Origin: Isurus oxyrinchus | Taxonomy: Eukaryota | Length of the DNA: 64,000 bases | NCBI GenBank assembly: GCA_026770705.1 | Contig: JANJGN010000052.1 | Span: 3,224,001-3,288,000, forward strand | Direction: 5' to 3' | Shown: one piece after another, positions 1 through 13,482 of the stretch | Layout: the number at the start of each line of letters is the position of its first letter | Position numbering within the stretch: the first letter of the stretch is position 1 | Translations under genes and position numbers: made by a program | The notes under the pieces: generated by a model | The model's database searches: none | What the model saw: only the letters and a program-made list of their open reading frames with translations | Told to the model about the DNA's origin: nothing

Positions 1-170
1 TGTAAGAGGACGAGAGAAAGAATGAGAAGGAGAGCATTAGTGGAGATAGGAGAGAGAGTGAATGAGGGAGAGAATGAGAAGGAGAGCTAGTGGAGATTGG
101 AGAGAGAGTGAATGAGAGAGAGAATGAGAAGGAGAGCATTAGTGGAGGTAAGAGAGAGTGAATGAAACAT
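1..170. repeat. ~40-bp GA-rich tandem repeat (paralogous copy at ~56730-56835)
   Basis: Unit gagagaatgagaaggagagcattagtggagat..gagagagagtgaatga repeated 3-4 times. Confidence 0.85.
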
Positions 171-474
171 GGAAAAAGGAAAGAGATTGCATTCACTAAC
201 AAAAGAAAGGTTTTCATTTATATAGCACCTTTCACATCCTCAGTAGGTCACAAAGTATCTTATGGTCCAGGTCAACACTGCCAATTACAGGTCTGAGTTG
301 TGAAACAGTGAATGTTGGATGAGATGTTAAACAGTAGGTGAACATCAAAACTCTTCAGGGGCTGTGAAGGGTTTTGGATTGTAAAAGGTGTTATAGAAAT
401 GCAAGTTCTTTCTATAAGGAGAGAAGTTTGAAGAAAACATTTTCAAAAACAACCAATTAAACCTTCACACTTAC

Positions 475-570
475 TTTCTCACACACTTGAAGATGAAGAA
501 TCCACTCAGTCCAACACTCAAACAGATTCCAGCTCCAAGCAATCCTGCTTTCCATTATTGGAATCTCGCC
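475..570 (-). pseudogene. Frameshifted transmembrane exon of a Siglec-like gene remnant (gene-C type)
   Basis: ttttacag acceptor and gtaagt donor; 96 nt versus 97 nt in the paralog at 57144-57240 (ccattattgg vs ccattcattgg), giving a frameshift and early TGA. Confidence 0.8.
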
Positions 571-756
571 CTGTAAAATCAGCCAATGAATGACTCCGGT
601 ACAGTTTGAGAATGGTTCCCTGTGTACATGTAGTAATTCTGAACTTGTGAAGTGATATTGTCTATGCATGAAAGGTCTATACAAATAACATTTATCTATG
701 TAATATTTATTGATAATATCCATGTACATGCAGGTTTCTATAAGGAGGATTCACAT

Positions 757-1800
757 ATAACAGAGGTGCCAAGCTGCTGAGGTGACACACAGGACTTCAT
801 ACACACCAAACAGCGGAAACAACATGCTATAGACAGAGCAAAGCGATCCCACAACCAACGGGTAAGATCTAAGCTCTGCAGTCCTGCCACATCCAGTCAT
901 GAATGGTGATGGACAATTAAAGATCTAACAGGAGGAGGATGTTCCACAAATATCCCCATCCTTAATGATGGGGGAGCTCAGCACATCAGTGCAAACGACA
1001 AGGCTGAAGCATTGGCAACCATGTTCAGCCAGAAGTGCTGAGTGGATGATCCATCTCGGCCTCCTCCAGAGGGTCCTAGCATCACAGATGTCAGCTTTCA
1101 GACAATTCGATTGACTCCACGTGACATCAGGAATCAGCTGATGATACTGGATACAGCAAAGGCTATTGGCCCTGGCAACAACCCAGCAACAGGAAATAAT
1201 GTGGCTACAAATGCGAGTATGAGTCTGGGAACTCTGTGGTGAGTAATTCAACTCCTGACTCCCCAGAGCCTGCCCACCATCGACCAGGTACAAGTCAGGA
1301 GTGTGATGGAATAATCTCCACTTGGCTGGATAAGTGCAGCTCCAACAACACTCAAGAAGCTCGACACCATCCTGGAGCAGCTTGTTTGATCGACAGCCCA
1401 TCCACCAGCATAAACATTCATACCTACATCTCTGGCACACAATGGCAGCAGTGTGTGAACCATCTACAAGATGCGCTGCAGCAACTCACCAAGGCTCCTT
1501 CGACAGCACCTTCCAAACTCTTAACCTCTTCCGCTGAGACAGTTCCAAGTCAGTATGGTGTGTGATTTGGAAGCGAACTTGAGGTGGTGGTCTGCCCTGG
1601 ACTTGGAACTATATCGGCCGTTCCTTCACCATCACTGGGACAAAATCCTGGAACTCCCTCCCTAACAGCACTGTGGGTGTGCCTACACCACATGGACTGC
1701 TTTGGTTAAAGAAGGCAGCTCACCACCACCTTCTCAAGGGGCAGTTACAGATGGGCAATAATTTCTGGTCTTGTCAACAATGCCCACATCCCATGAGCTA
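757..1800 (+). mobile_element. Degenerate, internally deleted LINE fragment (CR1-superclade; same family as 10460-11498)
   Basis: 3' end gcagctcaccaccaccttctcaagggcagttacagatgggcaataa is the reverse complement of 10490-10545; duplicated at 57433-58298. Confidence 0.7.
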
Positions 1801-1827
1801 ATAACAAGAGAACGTTCAATTCTGTGT

Positions 1828-2089
1828 AATCCCTCCACTGCTCCATGTTCATTCTCTGCCACACACTGATAGTCTCCAGTGTCCCTGGATGTAACCTGAG
1901 GAATCACCAACCACAGCTCATTGTTGGAACTTGTTCTGTTCATTGGGACATTAAGATGTCGCCACGTCAGGTTAGAAGCTGGGAAGCTCTCGACAGAGCA
2001 GATTATCACTGCCGAATTCCCCTCAATTATATTGATCGATGAAGCGTTAATCATATCAAGAGAATTAATTGAGAGATTCTGTGGTGTGT
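1828..2089 (-). pseudogene. Orphan Ig3-type C2/I-set exon, 3'-truncated with no donor
   Basis: Translates ...IIEGNSAVIICSVESFPASNLTW...DTGDYQCVAENEHGAVEG, near-identical to 19157-19438; homology ends before the G-strand end and donor. Confidence 0.8.
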
Positions 2090-2204
2090 CTGATCAGTTA
2101 CTTACATTGACTGTGAAACACTTTGAGAGACCCTGAGAATGTGAAAGGTGTGATATCAGTGTAGGTTCCTTCACCACAAAGCACTTAATTCAGTCAGACA
2201 CTTC

Positions 2205-2602
2205 AGTTCAGTACTGAGGGAGTGCTGTACTTTTGGAGGGTCAGTACTGATGGAGTGCTGCACTGTTGGAGGGTCAGTACTGAGGTAGTGCTGCACTGTC
2301 AGAGGGTCAGTACTGAGGGAGAGCTGCCCTCTTGGAGCGTGAGTACTGATGACCTGCTGCACTGTTGAAGGGCAGGTACTGTGAAAGCTGCACTGCCGCA
2401 TAGTCAGTACTGAGCAAGTACTTCACTGTCAGAGAATCAGTACTGAGGGAGTGCTGCACTGTTGGAGGAACAGTACTGAGGGAGTGCTGCACTGTCAGAG
2501 GGTCAGTACTGAGGGAGTGCTGCACTGTCGGAGGGTCAGTACTGAGGGAGTGCTGCAATGTCGGAGGGTCAGTAATTAGGGAGCTCTGCACTGTTGGAGG
2601 GT
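2205..2602 (+). repeat. 33-bp minisatellite array (cagtactgagggagtgctgcactgtcrgagggt), resembling the DeuSINE core
   Basis: Visible tandem units; source of the spurious 11-aa repeat ORFs (TVQHSLSTDPL). Confidence 0.9.
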
Positions 2603-4583
2603 GATAAGACCATAAGACCACAAGACGTCAGAGCAGAAGGAGGTCATTCGGCCAATCAACTCTGCTCCGCCATTCAATGACACTATGGCTGATCTGACAA
2701 TCCTGAACTCCACTTTCCTGCCTCTTCCCCATAGCCTTTGATTCCCTGACTGATTAAAAAACTGTGTATCTCAGCCTTGAATATAATTAATGACCCAGCC
2801 TCTGCAGCTCTCTGCAGTAAAGAATTCCACACATTCACTACCCTCTGAGAGAAGAAACTCCTCATCTCTGTCTTAAATGGGTGACCCCTTACTCTGAGAT
2901 TAAGCCCTCTGGTCCTAGACTCTCCCACAAGGGGAAACAACCTCTCAGCATCTACCCTGTCAAGCGCCTAAGAATCTTATATGTTTCAATAAGGTCAGCT
3001 CTCATTCTCCTAAACTCCAATGAGTACAGGCCCATCCTACTCAACCTCTTCTCATATGAAAATCCCTCCATTACTGGGATCAACCTAGTGAACCTTCTCT
3101 GGACTGCCTCCAATACCAGTACATCTTTCCTTAGATAAGGGGACCAAATCTGCTCACAGTATTCTAGGTGTGGTCTAACTAGTGCCTTGTACAGTTTTAG
3201 CAAGGCTTCCCTATTTTTATACTCCATTCCCTTTGAAATAAAGGCCAACATTCCACCTGCCTTCCCTATTAACAGCACTGATCCCTGTGGCAATCCAGAG
3301 GTTGCCATCCTGAAAATGCCCCCCTTATCTCAACTCTCTGACTTCTATTAGTTCGCCGATCCTCTATCCATGCTAATATACTGCCCCCAACACCATGGGC
3401 TCTTATCTTATTAAGTAGCCTTATATGTGATACTTTACTGAACGACTTTTGGAAATCCAAATATATTGCATCTACTGGCTCCCCTTTATCTATCCTGTTT
3501 GTTACCTCCTCAAAGAATTCTAATAAATTTGTCATGCATGATTTCCCCTTCATGAAGCCTGTGTGTGATTAAATTATGCATTTCTAAATAGTCTGCTATT
3601 ACATCCTTTATAATGGACTCTAACATGTTCCCAATGACAGATGTTAAGCTCACTGGCCTATAGTTACCTGTTTGTTGTCTCCCTCCCTTTTTGAATATGG
3701 GTGTTACTTTGGCAGATTTCCAATCCTCTGGGACTTGCCCAGAATCTAAGGATTCTTGGAAGATTAAAACCAGTACATCCACTATCTCTGCATCTACTTC
3801 CTTTAATATCCTAAGATGCAACCTATCAGGTCCAGGGGACCTATCAGACTTGAGACCCATGAGTTTCCCTAGTATTACTCTCTAGTGATAGTTATTGTAT
3901 TTATTTCCTCTCCCCACCCCCCTTTTGCCCCTTGATTATTTAGTATTTTTGGAATGCTATTAGTGTGTTCTACCGTGAAGACTGATGCAAAGTATTTATT
4001 CAACTCCTCTGTCATTTCCTGGCTCCTCATTATTATTTCCCCAGCCTAGTTCTCTAAGGGGCCCATGTTCACTTTGGTCTCTCTCTCCCTTTTTATATAC
4101 TTAAAGAAGCTTTTACTGTCCTTTTTTTAATAATTTGCTAGTTTACATAGTTTTCTGCCTCTTTATTTATTTTTTGGTCATCTTCTGTTGGTTTTTAAAA
4201 CGTTCCCAATCCTCTGGCTTACCACTAACCATATTGCATGGTTTCTCTTTCAATTTGACACACACCTTAACTTCTTTGGGTAACCCAGGTTGGTTTATTC
4301 TCTTCCTACAATCCTTCTTCCTCACTGGGATATATCTTTGTTGTGAGTCATGAGCTATTTTCTTAAAGATCTGCCATTGTTCATCCTCCATCTTTTCTGC
4401 TAAACCCCTTTCCCAGTCCACTCCAGACAACCCTGTCCTTATTCCTTTGTAATTACACTTATTTAAGTCCAGCACAGTTGCTTCCGACCCAAGTTTCTCA
4501 GTCTCAGAGGGAATGCTAAATTCTACCAGGTTATGGTCACTGTTTTCCAGGGGATCATTTATTCTGAGATCATGTATTAAACC
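2603..4583 (-). mobile_element. CR1 LINE, 5'-truncated and degenerate
   Basis: RT fragments NYRPVSLTSVIG, KSCMTNLLEFFE, YLDFQKSF, LYKALVRPHLEYC; tandem 3' tail cataagac repeats at 2603-2625. Confidence 0.9.
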
Positions 4584-5978
4584 TAAAACAAAAACAGAAT
4601 TACCTGGAAAAACTCAGCAGGTCTGGCAGCATCGGTGGAGAAGAAAAGAGTTGACGTTTCGAGTCCTCATGACCCTTCAACAGAACTAGGTGAGTCCAAG
4701 GAAGGGGTGAAATATAAGCTGGTTTAAGGGGTGTGTATGTGTGTTGGGGGGGTGGGGGGAGGGCAGCGGGGTTGGGTGGGGGCTGAGAAGTGGAGAGGGG
4801 GGTGTTGTTGTAGGGACAAACAAGCAGTGATAGAAGCAGATCATCAAAAGATGTCACAGACAACAGAACAAAAGAACACAGAGGTGTTGAAGTAGGTGAT
4901 ATATATCTAAACAAATGTGCTAATTAAGAATGGATGGTTGGGGAATTAAGGTACAGCTCTTGTGGGGGTGGGGGGAGCATAAAAGATTTAAAAATATTTA
5001 AAAATAATGGAAATAGGTGGGAAAAGAAAAATCTATATAATTTATTGGAAAAAACAAAAGCAAGGAGGAAGAAACAGAAAGGGGGTGGGGATGGGGGAGG
5101 GAGGTCAAGACCTAAAGTTGTTGAACTCAATATTCAGTCGGGAAGGCTGTAAGGTGCCTGGTCGGAAGATGAGGTGTTGTTCCTCCAGTTTGCGTTGGGC
5201 TTCACTGGAACAGTGCAGCAGGCCAAGGACAGACATGTGGGCAAGAGAGCAGGGTGGAGTGTTAAAATGGCAAGCGACAGGGAGGTCTGGGTCATTCTTG
5301 TGGACAGACCGCAGGTGTTCTGCAAAGCAGTCGCCCAGTTTACGTTTGGTCTCTCCAATGTAGAGGAGACCACATTGGGAGCAACGAATACACTAGACTA
5401 AGTTGGGGGAAATGCAAGTGAAATGCTGCTTCACTTGAAAGGAGTGTTTGGGCCCTTGGACGGTGAGGAGAGAGGAAGTGAAGGGGCAGGTGTTGCATCT
5501 ATTGCGTGGGCATGGGGAGGTGCCATAGGAGGGGGTTGAGGATATTTCCATTATTTTTAAATATTTTATGCTCCCCCCACCCACACTAGAGCTGTACCTT
5601 GAGTGCCCTACCATCCATTCTTAATTAGCACATTCGTTTAGATAATATCACCAACTTTAACTTTAACACCTATGTGTTCTTTTGTTCTGTTGTCTGTGAC
5701 ATCTTTTGATGATCTGCTTCTATCACTGCTTGTTTGTCCCTACAACCACACCAACCCTCTCCACTTCTCTCCCTCCACCCAACCCCGCTGCCCCCCCACC
5801 CCCACCCCACCCCACCCCCCACACACACACACCTTAAACCAGCTTATATTTCACCCTTCTCCTTGGACTCACCTAGTTCAGTTGAAGGGTCATGAGGACT
5901 CGAAACATCAACTCTTTTCTTCTCCGCCGATGCTGCCAGACCTGCTGAGTTTTTCCAGCTAATTCTGTTTTTGTTTTG
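4584..5978 (-). mobile_element. Penelope-like element with ~430-bp inverted terminal repeats and a GIY-YIG remnant
   Basis: 4584-5010 is the reverse complement of ~5545-5978; minus strand reads CNTCPFTS...QVKQHFTC...CSQCGLLYIGETKRKLG. Confidence 0.85.
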
Positions 5979-6169
5979 GTCAGATACTGTGTACACCTGG
6001 ACTCTGGCAGTATGACCGCACCATCTGTGAGATACAATTATCTTCAACAAAGTGCAAATCTGAATCAAATCACCACAAAGATGCCACAGGAAACCAATCA
6101 ACCTTGAACAGCTGCAACCTTCAACAACCTCAAAGACAAGCAAAGGTGTTAACCATATATTCTTTTAAT

Positions 6170-6420
6170 TTTTGAGGGAGTCCTGCACTGTCAGAGGGCC
6201 AGTGATGAGGGAGTGCTGCACTGTCGGAGGGTCAGTACTGAGGGAGTGCTGCACTGTCGGAGGCTGAGCGCTGAGGAAATGCTGCACTGTCAGAGGGTCA
6301 GTACTGAGAGAGTGCTGCACTGTCAGAGGGTCAGTACTGAGGGAGTGCTGCACTGTCGGAGGCTGAGCACTGAGGAAAAGCTGCTCTGTCAGACCTACCA
6401 TATTTCAGATGATGTTTGAA
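6170..6420 (+). repeat. 33-bp minisatellite array
   Basis: Same unit as 2205-2602; ends in degenerate SINE-like continuation (tttcagatgatgtttgaa). Confidence 0.85.
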
Positions 6421-6689
6421 ATTAGCAACATGCATCATGTATAATTATATATCATCAGCTCAAAATAGATTATTCCTGTACGTTTCACTTTACTGTAAAT
6501 TGTTTGCAGTTTCATTTTATTAGAAACCAGGCTTGTGTGATCACTATTTTTAAATAACATTTATAATAAAGATGCAGCAATACACATGCACACAGGTACA
6601 CACACACACACGTTCACACACATTCACACAGATACACACACACACTCACACAGATACACACACACACTCACACAGACACACATGTCATA

Positions 6690-8840
6690 ATTAAAAAGTT
6701 AGAGTCCAATAAAAAATTAAAAGAATATATGGTTAACATCTTTGCTTGTCTTTGAGGTGTAGATTGTTGAAGGTTGCAGCTGTTCAAGGTTAATTGGTTT
6801 CCTGTGGCATCTTTGTGGTGATTTGATTCAGATTTGCACTTTGTTGAAGATGCTCTGTTAGCTTCAGAAAGAGAGAGAGAGAGAGAGAGAATTTCTGCTC
6901 TTTTCCAGCAGTGTTTTTGAGTGACTGCCATCTTTCTTTTTACTCCTACTTTCTCTTATATCTGCTTGACAGAACTTGTTGTTAAACTCCTGTCTGTATA
7001 TTCCCAAAGGGAATTTGATCAGCCTGTCTGTCATTCATTGTTACAGACCAAGTAATCCCATTTTTGATCTTTGTATCTCTGAAACATTTGATGCTTTTCA
7101 AGATATAAATCAACAGGAGATGGAGACATTTCATCCTCCACAAGGGGTGTTGAACGGTTGATGAATATCTGCATGGTGAGCAGTTCCCATTACCTTGATA
7201 GACCTACAGTGATCAGAGTCCAGCGCTTTGCATTTTTAAGGGAGCCCCTGTTTCAAGTGGACCCTGACACACCTCAGTGAGAACTTTCATGCAACATGTC
7301 TGTAGTGCAATTCATTTGAAGCTTTCCAGAGAAGTGATCAAGTTTGCAGTATCAGCAATCAGGTGACTCGTGACAGCCATTTTTGATCAGTGCCTAATCT
7401 TGTACTTTTGAAAAACAGGTCTCCTTTAAACAGTTCAATACATTTTTGGCACGTTGGTTAATTTGAAGGAAGCTCTGTTATGACATAACAGATGGTAAAT
7501 GCTGAGCTGTTCAAATCCTGGAGGGAAACTTGAAACAACTGTCACAACTAATTTCCAACTTGTATGTTTTGAGATGTGGGTTTTGAATTCAGTAGTAATG
7601 AGGTTAAGAGGTTTAAGAGGTAATTATGGTTGGTTGAAAAAAGGGTTTAAAATATATTTTCCCCCAATTGCAATTTCCAAAATAAGTCTCTTTGGTTGTT
7701 AAGAATGAACCAATTAAACCACGTTTGGTTGTGTCAAAGAAAGAGTCAGTTTATTAGTTACCTAACTAGAGAAAAAATAATNNNNNNNNNNNNNNNNNNN
7801 NNNNNNNNNNNNNNNNNNNNNNNNNNNNNNNNNNNNNNNNNNNNNNNNNNNNNNNNNNNNNNNNNNNNNNNNNNNNNNNNNNNNNNNNNNNNNNNNNNNN
7901 NNNNNNNNNNNNNNNNNNNNNNNNNNNNNNNNNNNNNNNNNNNNNNNNNNNNNNNNNNNNNNNNNNNNNNNNNNNNNNNNNNNNNNNNNNNNNNNNNNNN
8001 NNNNNNNNNNNNNNNNNNNNNNNNNNNATTATAGAGTCCAATAAAAAATTAAGAGTCATTTGCTTGTACATGCAGCGTAGGCTGTGAAGTTTGAAGCTGT
8101 TTTAATTTAGTTGGTTTTCTGTAGATTCCTGTATTTCATTTGGCTCAGACTTGCACGTTGTTGAAGACACTCTGTTAGCTTCAGACAGAGAGAGAGAAAG
8201 AGAGAGAGTGACAGAGAGGGAGAGAAAGAGAGAGAGGGAGAAATCATTTCTGCTCTTTTCCAGCAGTGTTTGTGGAAGACTGCCATATTTCTTTTTCCTC
8301 CTCCTTTCTCTTATATCTGCTTGGCAGAACCATTTGTTAAACTCCTGTCTGTATATTCCTGAAGGGAATTCACTCAGCATGTTTTGCATTCATTGTTATA
8401 GACCAAGTATTCCCATTTTTTATCTTTGCATCTCTGAAACATTTGATGCATTTCAAGATATAAATCAACAGGAGATGGGGGTATTGCATCCTCCACAGGG
8501 GGTTTTGAATGGCTGATGATTCTCTGTTTGGTAAGCAGTTCCCACTGTTTTGATAGAACTACAGCTGATCAAAGTCCAGCACTTTGCATTTTAATGCCTT
8601 CCTTTTAAGAGTGTCCCTGTTTGAAGTGGATCCTGACACACCCCAGGCATGAACTTCGATGCAACAGGTCTGCAGTGCAATTCATTTGAACCTTTCCAGA
8701 GAAGTGATCAACTTCACAGTATCAGCAATCAGATGACTTGTGTCAGCCATTTTTGATCTGTGTACAATCTCGTATTTCTTTGAAAAACAGGTCACTTTTA
8801 GAGAGTTCAATATCTTTTTGGTCTGTTAGGAAGCTCTTAA
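6690..8840. repeat. Two diverged tandem copies (~6700-7480, ~8030-8840) of an LTR-like/unknown repeat flanking an N gap (7782-8027); partial inverted copy at 6040-6170
   Basis: Shared blocks such as ctctgaaacatttgatgc..ttcaagatataaatcaacaggagatgg; 6040-6170 is the reverse complement of 6715-6852. Confidence 0.7.
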
Positions 8841-8861
8841 TCACAGTTTGCTGTCAGGATA

Positions 8862-9160
8862 TTTGTGTGTGTGTTTGTCTGTGTTTGTGTGTGTGTGAGT
8901 GAGTCTGTGTGTGTGAGAATGTGAGTGTGTTTGTGTCTGTCTCTAAGTGTGTGAGCGTGTGTATGTGTGTTTGTGTATGTGTGTGTGCATGTCTGTATGT
9001 GTGTGAGTGAGAGTGTGTGTGTGTGTCTGTGTGTGTGTGAGTGGGTGTGTCTGTGTATGTGAGTATGTATGTATGTGTGTGTCTGTGTGTGTGTGAGTGT
9101 GTGTGTGTGAGTGTGTATGTGTGTATGTCTGTGTCTGTGTGTGTGTGTTTCTGAGAGAGA
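8862..9160. repeat. Imperfect (TG)n microsatellite
   Basis: Direct inspection. Confidence 0.95.
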
Positions 9161-10459
9161 GAGCAAGCGCTTCACAGAGTGAAACCTCCCTGAGTGTGGC
9201 CGCTGTGTTTAACATTTAAGCCACACAGACAGGATGTGGTTAAAAGGTGAAACCACAAGGAGTGAGTGTGTATCCCAGTGACTGTCTCTCTGTGGGTTTC
9301 CTGTGGGTTTCTGTGAACTGCCTGTGGTTATAAAAAAAATCTTCCAACCCCACATGCACGGCATCAAATAAGGATTTGGAAGCTGCAGCTCAGAGAGTAA
9401 CTAGTCCCCCGAGAATTCACAGCCCCTCAAACACAGATTAACAGCATTAATCCTGACCGCCAGCCCACTCACTCATTGCCTCTTGTCTCAGACACTAGAA
9501 AGTGGAAGTTAAGGCCGGATTTTCACTCCCGGGTCGGGGGACACAGAGACGGCAGGAAAAAATAACAAAATATGTCTCGAGCACACAGAGCTCCAAGGGA
9601 AGGGTCGTGCTGCAGCTAAGGTGTGAGACATGGTACATTCCGCGGATGCAGCATTGAGGCTTGTATGTCTACACAGCTGATGTAGGTGCACATGGAACAC
9701 ATGTGAATGAGCACTGTGATGCACACACACCCTGGAGAGTAATATCCCTCCACGCACTACATATCAGGCTAACATCAACTCATGTTGTCATTGCTGACTC
9801 ACAGGGTTGAAGCAGGTCACAGAGACGGCTCATCTTAAACCCCTCGATTAGATCACCCCTTAATCTTTGAGACTCGAGGGAACACAAGCCTGGTCCGTGC
9901 AACCTGTCCTCGGGATTTAACCCTTTCAGCCCCGGGATCATCCTGGTGACTCTGCACAGCACCCCCTCCGAGGACAATATATCCTCCCTGAGGTGCCGGA
10001 CCCAGAACTGAACCCAGTGACACCAGATTGGATGTGAGGGGACCTTAGTAAAACTGTGCCAGACACTTCAAAAATCTCTTCAATTCAACCTTGTAAACGC
10101 AGTAGGAAAAATCCTACGGGGCCATTGTATCTTAGTAACATCGTAAACTTGGCCAAAAGAATCCCCCTGGTCACCCCTGAGTGTTACTCATATTGTAAAC
10201 ACAATGTATCGAGATCCTCCAGTCTCTGAGAAGCAAAACTAGGACACTAGAGCACCACCACTGGCAGGAGGCTGTAATTACAGTGTGACATGTTTACATG
10301 GGAATGTTCCATTACCAATGACACAGGAATTTAAATAATCAGAAGGGCATGTGACAACAGGAAGTGGTGCCTTGGAGAATGGAATTATTCACTAGAGTAC
10401 GTATTTAATTTGATAAAAATGTTCAGAAATGTCAGGGCACTTTAATTGATTCTTTTTTT

Positions 10460-12497
10460 TATTCATTCACGGACACTGGCTAGGCCAGAATTTATTGCCC
10501 ATCCCTAATTGTCCTTGAGAATATGGGGGTGAGCTGCCTTCTTGAGCTGCTGCAGTCCCTGTGGTGTATGTACACCCACAGAACTGTTTGGGAGGGAGTT
10601 GCAGGATTCTGACCCAGCGACAGTGAAGGAACGGTGATATATTTCCAAGTCAGGATGGTGAGTGACTTGGAGGGGAACTTCCAGGTGGTGGTGTTCCCAT
10701 GTGTCTGCTGCCCTTGTCCTTCGAGATGGTAGTGATCATGTGTTTGGAAGGTGCTGTCTAAGGAGGCTTGGTGAATCCCTACGTTGCATCTTGTAGATGG
10801 TACACACACTGCTGCCACAGTACGTCAGTTGTGGAGGGAGAGAATGTTTGTGGATGGGGTGCAAATCAAGCGGGGCTGCTTTGTCCTGGACGGTGTCGAG
10901 CTTCTTGAGTGTTGTATTCCATCACACTCCTGACCTGTGCCTTGAGGTTGGTGGACAGGCTTTGGGGAGTCAGGAGGTGAGTTACTCACCACAGGATTCC
11001 CAGCCTCTGGCCTGCTCTTGTAGTCACAGTGTTTATATGGCTAGTCCAGTTCAGTTTCTGGTCAACGTTAACCCCCAGCGTGTTGATTGTGGGGGATTCA
11101 GCAATGGTGATGCCATTGGACATTAAGGGGAGATGGATATATTCTCTCTGGTTGGAGATGGTCATTGCCTGGCACTTGTGTGGCATGAATGTTACTTGCC
11201 ACTTGTCAGACCAAGCCTGGATATTGTCAAGGTCTTGCTGCATTTGGACATGGACTGCTTCAGCATCTGATGAGTCATGAATGATGTTGAACGTTGTGCA
11301 ATCATCAGCGACCTTCCATAATTCTGACCATCTGATAGAATGAATGTCATTGATGAAGCAGCTGAAGATGGTTGGGCCTAGGACACTACCCTGAGGAACT
11401 CCTGCGGTGATGTCCTGGAACTGAGATGACTGACCTCCAACAACCACAACCACCTTCCTTTGTACTTGGTATGAATCCAACGAGTGGAGAGTTTTCCCTG
11501 TGACATGACATGGCAGATGATGTGTGCTTGGTGCTCCAAATCCACAAGGGAAAATTGGTCATGCTATCACAATAGTTTTGCAATTTGTATTTATTACAAG
11601 AAGCGTGCACTGAATTCAGGAGTAATGAGTTGACCACAACCTTCAGAGATTTAAAAAATTCGATTAAGATATTTATTAACAAAATAAAAGATTTCAAGCA
11701 CATATATAATACCACGGTTAGTTACAGCTGAAATATATTCTCAAATTCCTAATTAACCTGACTCCCAGTTACAGAGCCTGTTTAAGGCAACAGTCCAAAA
11801 TAAGATTTTAGATTAAAAACAAATCCAGCGAGTTAACACAGCACACACTTGACACTGGAATTCTAAATGGGTTTCTCCAACTTTATTTACTGAACATAAC
11901 AGACTTATGCACAAATGCCTGGAGGCTTCTTCAAGCCTGTTTCACACACTCCTGTTAGATCTTACATGGCCCCCAACATAGCCTTTCATTCTCCTTTATA
12001 CATGTTTCTCTCTCTTTGATGTGTAAATTCTTTGGAACTGCACCTTTCCCATAATATAAACTGTCATGCTGCCAATATTGTCAATGAAGTTTGGGTAAAA
12101 TTTAAAAAAAAAACTCCTTAGCTTTGCTTATTGGGCTTGTCCTAAACAGACCAACATCCCTTTGAAATCTAAACAACCCCTTCACACCTTACATGCTAAC
12201 ACAGCCTCCATGTGTTCTCATTAGCATTTCAAGTACATTTCTACATCCAGCTTCTTTTGATAATCTCAAGCTTGAAGTCTACCTGACTCCAGATGTAATT
12301 AAGCCACACAGACAGACCCATCTACACTCACACCCATAAACCTAGTTTACAACAAACCAGGAGAATAGTATGCAAATTATTATACTTTCGTACCACCCCT
12401 GATTCCCATTGATTGCAGTTATGATCGGGCTCCTAGAGGCCACACTCGGTCAAATGCAGCCTTAATGTTAAGGGCAGTCACTCTCACCTCACCTTGT
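10460..12497 (-). mobile_element. LINE 3' fragment (RT remnant) interrupted by a solo LTR
   Basis: Minus strand ITAGVPQGSVLGPTIFSCFINDI...ADDC; LINE text gagttttccc|ctgattcccattg is split by the 11499-12395 insert. Confidence 0.8.
11499..12395 (-). mobile_element. Solo LTR
   Basis: TG...CA ends, imperfect 4-bp TSD (tccc/cccc), minus-strand AATAAA at ~11672 and ~11882. Confidence 0.65.
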
Positions 12498-12684
12498 ATT
12501 AACAGATGTAAAATTATACATAACCCATAAGCATCTCGCAATCTTTTACAGCATGGAAAAAGGTGCAGCATTCAGAAAGCTCACTCAGAGCCAATAAAAA
12601 AGTTGAGCAACATCATATTTGTGTTCATTACTATTTGGCCATGTTGGCTGCACACACCCCACAGCCCCGCTCCCTGTTTCACAC

Positions 12685-12933
12685 TCAGTTTTTCTGGAAC
12701 CTGATCTGTGCGTATTCCGTGTCCTCGCTCCTGTGCACAGTCCTGTCACCGCTGGGCAGCTTTGAAAAGTTGATGTTGGCGTAGAGAAGCTCGTCGGTAT
12801 TGTCGGGGTTCCCATGTCCAACATCGCCTCCCACTGGACCTTCAGAGAGATCCCAGGGAGCTGGGGTCTCCCCCTCGCTAGCTGTGTCTCTGGTTGTGTT
12901 CTGGGGCTCAGTAATCAGCACGTTCTGTTTACC
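12685..12933 (-). CDS. Gene A last exon: cytoplasmic tail with ITIM (LLYANI) and ITSM/ITIM-like (TEYAQI)
   Basis: tttctctgtag acceptor, phase 0; GKQNVLITEP...DELLYANINF...EDTEYAQIRFQKN*; same motif layout as CD33-related Siglec tails. Confidence 0.9.
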   Translation of the reverse strand, partial: GKQNVLITEPQNTTRDTASEGETPAPWDLSEGPVGGDVGHGNPDNTDELLYANINFSKLPSGDRTVHRSEDTEYAQIRFQKN

Positions 12934-13114
12934 CTACAGAGAAATGGAAACAGAAGACATCCTCACATCATTTACTGGCACTGATAGGGTTAAATTATTG
13001 TGCAGCCTCATTAGTGTCAGTCGTGTCTCAGTGGGTTTAACCCTTTTTTTCCCTCTCTTTCTCTGTCTCTCTTTCTCTCTCGCTTTCTCTCTCTCTTTAT
13101 AATTTAATCTCTAT

Positions 13115-13482
13115 CACACTCCAACAGTGCAGCACTCCCTCAGTACTGACCCTCTGACAGTGCAGCACTCCCTCAATACTGACCCTCTGACAGTGCAGCA
13201 CTCCCTCAGTACTGACCCTCTGACAGTCCAGCAATCCCTCAGTAATGACCCTCTGACAGTGCAGCACTCCCTCAATACTGACCCTCTGACAGTGCAGCAC
13301 TCCCTCAGTACTGACCCTCTGACAGTGCAGCACTCACTCAGTACTGACCCTCTGACAGTGCCGCACTCCCTCAGTACTGACCCTCTGACAGGGCAGCACT
13401 CCCTCAGTACTGACCCTCTGACAGCGCAGCACTCCCTCAATACTGACCCTCTGGCAGTGCAGCACTCCCTCACTACTGACAT
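13115..13482 (-). repeat. 33-bp minisatellite array, opposite orientation, intronic
   Basis: About 11 units of cagtgcagcactccctcagtactgaccctctga. Confidence 0.9.

Noticed and set aside
8837-9215. His/Thr-rich or Cys/Val-rich ORFs, also 20925-21684
   Set aside because: (CA/TG)n microsatellites and N gaps
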